From Candidatus Leptofilum proximum (GTDB taxonomy: Bacteria > Chloroflexota > Anaerolineae > Promineifilales > Promineifilaceae): 64,000 bases of DNA. The notes under the pieces are model-generated. The model was not told the DNA's origin. It made no database searches and worked only from the letters and a program-made list of their open reading frames with translations. The stretch is taken from contig JADJXK010000002.1 of the NCBI GenBank assembly GCA_016710325.1, forward strand, positions 946,622 to 1,010,621, written 5' to 3'. The translations under genes and the position numbers were made by a program. Of the stretch, positions 62,207 through 64,000 are shown piece by piece (position 1 is the first letter of the stretch; each line of letters starts with the position of its first letter).

Positions 62207-64000
62207 ATGACACGAGAAATGAGTAACTGGGAGCTGCTGACGCAATATTTACGGCCGTACACCGCCCGTCTCTTAGGGCTGAGCACCCTGCTGGCCGTCA
62301 GTATTGCCCTCCAGCTCTACGGCCCCCAGGTCATTCGTGACTTTTTGGATGCGGCGCAAAGCGGTACGGCCGTACGGCCGTTGGTCACCCTGGGCGCGCT
62401 GTTTTTTGTGGTGACCGTGGCGCAAAAGGCCGTGGAGCTGTGGACGACTTACCTGAGTGAAGACCTGGGTTGGGCGGCCACCAACGGCCTGCGCGCCGAC
62501 CTGGCTGCCCACACCATGCGGCTGGACATGGGTTTCCACAAGCTGCAAACCCCCGGCGAACTCATCGAGCGGATCGATGGCGACGTGAGCAACCTGGCCG
62601 AGTTTTTCTCGCGGCTGGTGATCCGGGTGTTGGGCAACGCGGTGCTGGTCATTGGCATCCTGGTGCTGCTGTTCCGCGAGGATTGGCGCATTGGGCTGGT
62701 GGGGCTGGGCTACGGCCTGCTCACGCTGGGGCTGCTGCAAATCATCCGCAAACCGACGGTGAGCGTCTGGCGCGAGGTGAGCAAGGGATATGCCAGGCTG
62801 CACGGCTACGTTGAGGAACGCATCGGCGGCACGGAAGACATTCGCGCCAATGGCGGCGAGCCGTACGTGTTCCACAAGCTCTACCCGCTGCTGGCCGACG
62901 TGGCCAAAAGCCGCGTCAAGGCCGACGTGATCGGTGGTTACACCTTCAGCAGCAGCTACATGCTGTACGTCCTAGCGATTGTGGTCACGCTGGCGCTGGC
63001 GGGAACGTTTTTCCTGCAAGGGCAGATCACCATTGGCACGCTGTTTCTGCTGGTGGCCTACGTGCGGCTGATGGAATCGCCAATTAAGTACATCCGGCGG
63101 CAAATCAGCGACATGCAGCGCGCCGTGGCCAGCATCGGCCGTATCAACGAGTTTATGCGCCTGGAACCAGATGTGAAGGAGTCCGTAACTGCCAGTTTGC
63201 CCGATGGGGCAACGGCCGTTGCCTTCCACGGTGTCTCGTTTGCCTATAAAGACCGGTTGTCGGTAGTCGGTGAACGGTTATCGGTGAACGGATTGCCGAT
63301 TACGGATAACCGATTACCGCTTACCGATAACGGATTACCGAACGTGCTGCACGATGTCACCTTCACCCTGGAGGCGGGCAAAGTGCTGGGGCTGCTGGGG
63401 CGGACGGGCAGCGGCAAGACGACTCTGACGCGGCTGCTCTTCCGGCTGTACGACGTGGATGCGGGGCGCATCACGCTGGACGGCACCGACCTGCGCCAGG
63501 TGAGCCTGGCCGACGTGCGGCAGCACATCGGCATGGTGACCCAGGACGTGCAGCTGTTTGCCGCCACCGTGCGGGACAATCTGACGCTGTTCCGCCGCTA
63601 CGATCCAGACAAACCACCGATTCCCGACAGTGAGATCGAGGCCGCCCTGCACACGCTGGGTCTGGGCGACTGGCTGGCCAGCCTGCCCGACGGCCTGGAC
63701 ACGGAACTAAAAACGGGCGGGCAGGGGCTGTCGGCGGGGCAGGCGCAGCTGCTGGCTTTTACGCGCGTCTTTTTGCGCAATCCGCAGCTGGTGATTCTGG
63801 ACGAGGCCTCATCTCGGCTGGACCCAGCCACGGAGCAGCTTTTAGAACGAGCGATTGACACGCTGCTGACCGGCCGTACCGCCATCATCATCGCCCACCG
63901 CCTGCACACCGTGCAGCGCGCCGACGACATCTTGATTTTGGAGAACGGCTGCATCCAAGAACACGGCCCCCGCTTACACCTATTCAACAATCCCAATTCC
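62207..64000 (+). CDS. ABC exporter, fused permease/ATPase, paralog of 20037..21836; 3' end beyond the window; carries an in-frame repeat insertion
   Basis: Hand translation from the ATG at 62207 gives [18 protein letters not shown]...[14 protein letters not shown]. The NBD has [31 protein letters not shown] and AHRL. The frame stays open to nt 64000. It is not in the ORF track because no stop lies in the window. Confidence 0.88.
   Translation, partial: MTREMSNWELLTQYLRPYTARLLGLSTLLAVSIALQLYGPQVIRDFLDAAQSGTAVRPLVTLGALFFVVTVAQKAVELWTTYLSEDLGWAATNGLRADLAAHTMRLDMGFHKLQTPGELIERIDGDVSNLAEFFSRLVIRVLGNAVLVIGILVLLFREDWRIGLVGLGYGLLTLGLLQIIRKPTVSVWREVSKGYARLHGYVEERIGGTEDIRANGGEPYVFHKLYPLLADVAKSRVKADVIGGYTFSSSYMLYVLAIVVTLALAGTFFLQGQITIGTLFLLVAYVRLMESPIKYIRRQISDMQRAVASIGRINEFMRLEPDVKESVTASLPDGATAVAFHGVSFAYKDRLSVVGERLSVNGLPITDNRLPLTDNGLPNVLHDVTFTLEAGKVLGLLGRTGSGKTTLTRLLFRLYDVDAGRITLDGTDLRQVSLADVRQHIGMVTQDVQLFAATVRDNLTLFRRYDPDKPPIPDSEIEAALHTLGLGDWLASLPDGLDTELKTGGQGLSAGQAQLLAFTRVFLRNPQLVILDEASSRLDPATEQLLERAIDTLLTGRTAIIIAHRLHTVQRADDILILENGCIQEHGPRLHLFNNPNS
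63254..63343. repeat. Periodic repeat, CGGTAAN family, inside the ABC CDS
   Basis: Thirteen successive 7-nt units: GGTTGTC GGTAGTC GGTGAAC GGTTATC GGTGAAC GGATTGC CGATTAC GGATAAC CGATTAC CGCTTAC CGATAAC GGATTAC CGAAC. They translate as [29 protein letters not shown]. Confidence 0.85.

Noticed and set aside
1-64000. A genomic island, prophage or defence island (restriction-modification, toxin-antitoxin, retron, Abi and similar).
   Set aside because: I recognised no integrase, transposase, phage structural gene, restriction or defence-type domain. tRNA-Glu is not flanked by a direct repeat of its 3' end. GC content is uniform apart from short promoter gaps and the 60.6-61.2 kb AT-rich region.

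Overview
A GC-rich (roughly 60%), densely coding bacterial chromosomal segment with about 50 protein genes and one tRNA-Glu. I saw no rRNA, CRISPR array, transposase, integrase or phage genes. The taxon cannot be assigned without a database search.

Gene content:
- Housekeeping and envelope genes: lpdA, lspA, a class B PBP, an M14 carboxypeptidase and several lipoproteins.
- Many signalling proteins: PAS kinases, a hybrid kinase and a cNMP-binding M50-like membrane protein.
- Two loci of MsbA-type ABC exporters.
- A small redox cluster: cytochrome c plus a di-heme peroxidase fused to a beta-helix domain.
- A ~13 kb same-strand potassium-homeostasis supercluster (about 24.6-37.8 kb). It holds kdpF-A-B-C, kdpD, a KimA-like APC transporter flanked by two paralogous USP-like proteins, and a second, N-terminally truncated KdpD-like kinase with its own KdpE-like regulator. 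A further kdpE lies convergent on the opposite strand.

The most unusual signals concern genome architecture rather than gene content:
1. The palindromic octamer ACGGCCGT (often AACGGCCGTT) occurs about once per 0.5 kb. It appears in genes in all three reading frames and also between genes. This resembles cyanobacterial HIP1 or DNA uptake sequences.
2. Nearly every intergenic gap carries a hairpin built from tandem 7-9 nt units followed by the inverted complement of the same units. These fall into several sequence families that recur within the window. Two copies sit in frame inside ABC-transporter nucleotide-binding domains and add 21-29 residues to the protein.
3. An AT-rich 600 bp gap holds a self-contained mini-gene for a 23-aa two-cysteine peptide, with a near-consensus promoter, a strong SD and an intrinsic terminator. 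It sits next to a MITE-like element and upstream of a RIO-type kinase and an ABC exporter.

All functional calls come from motif recognition in the supplied translations. No searches were run.
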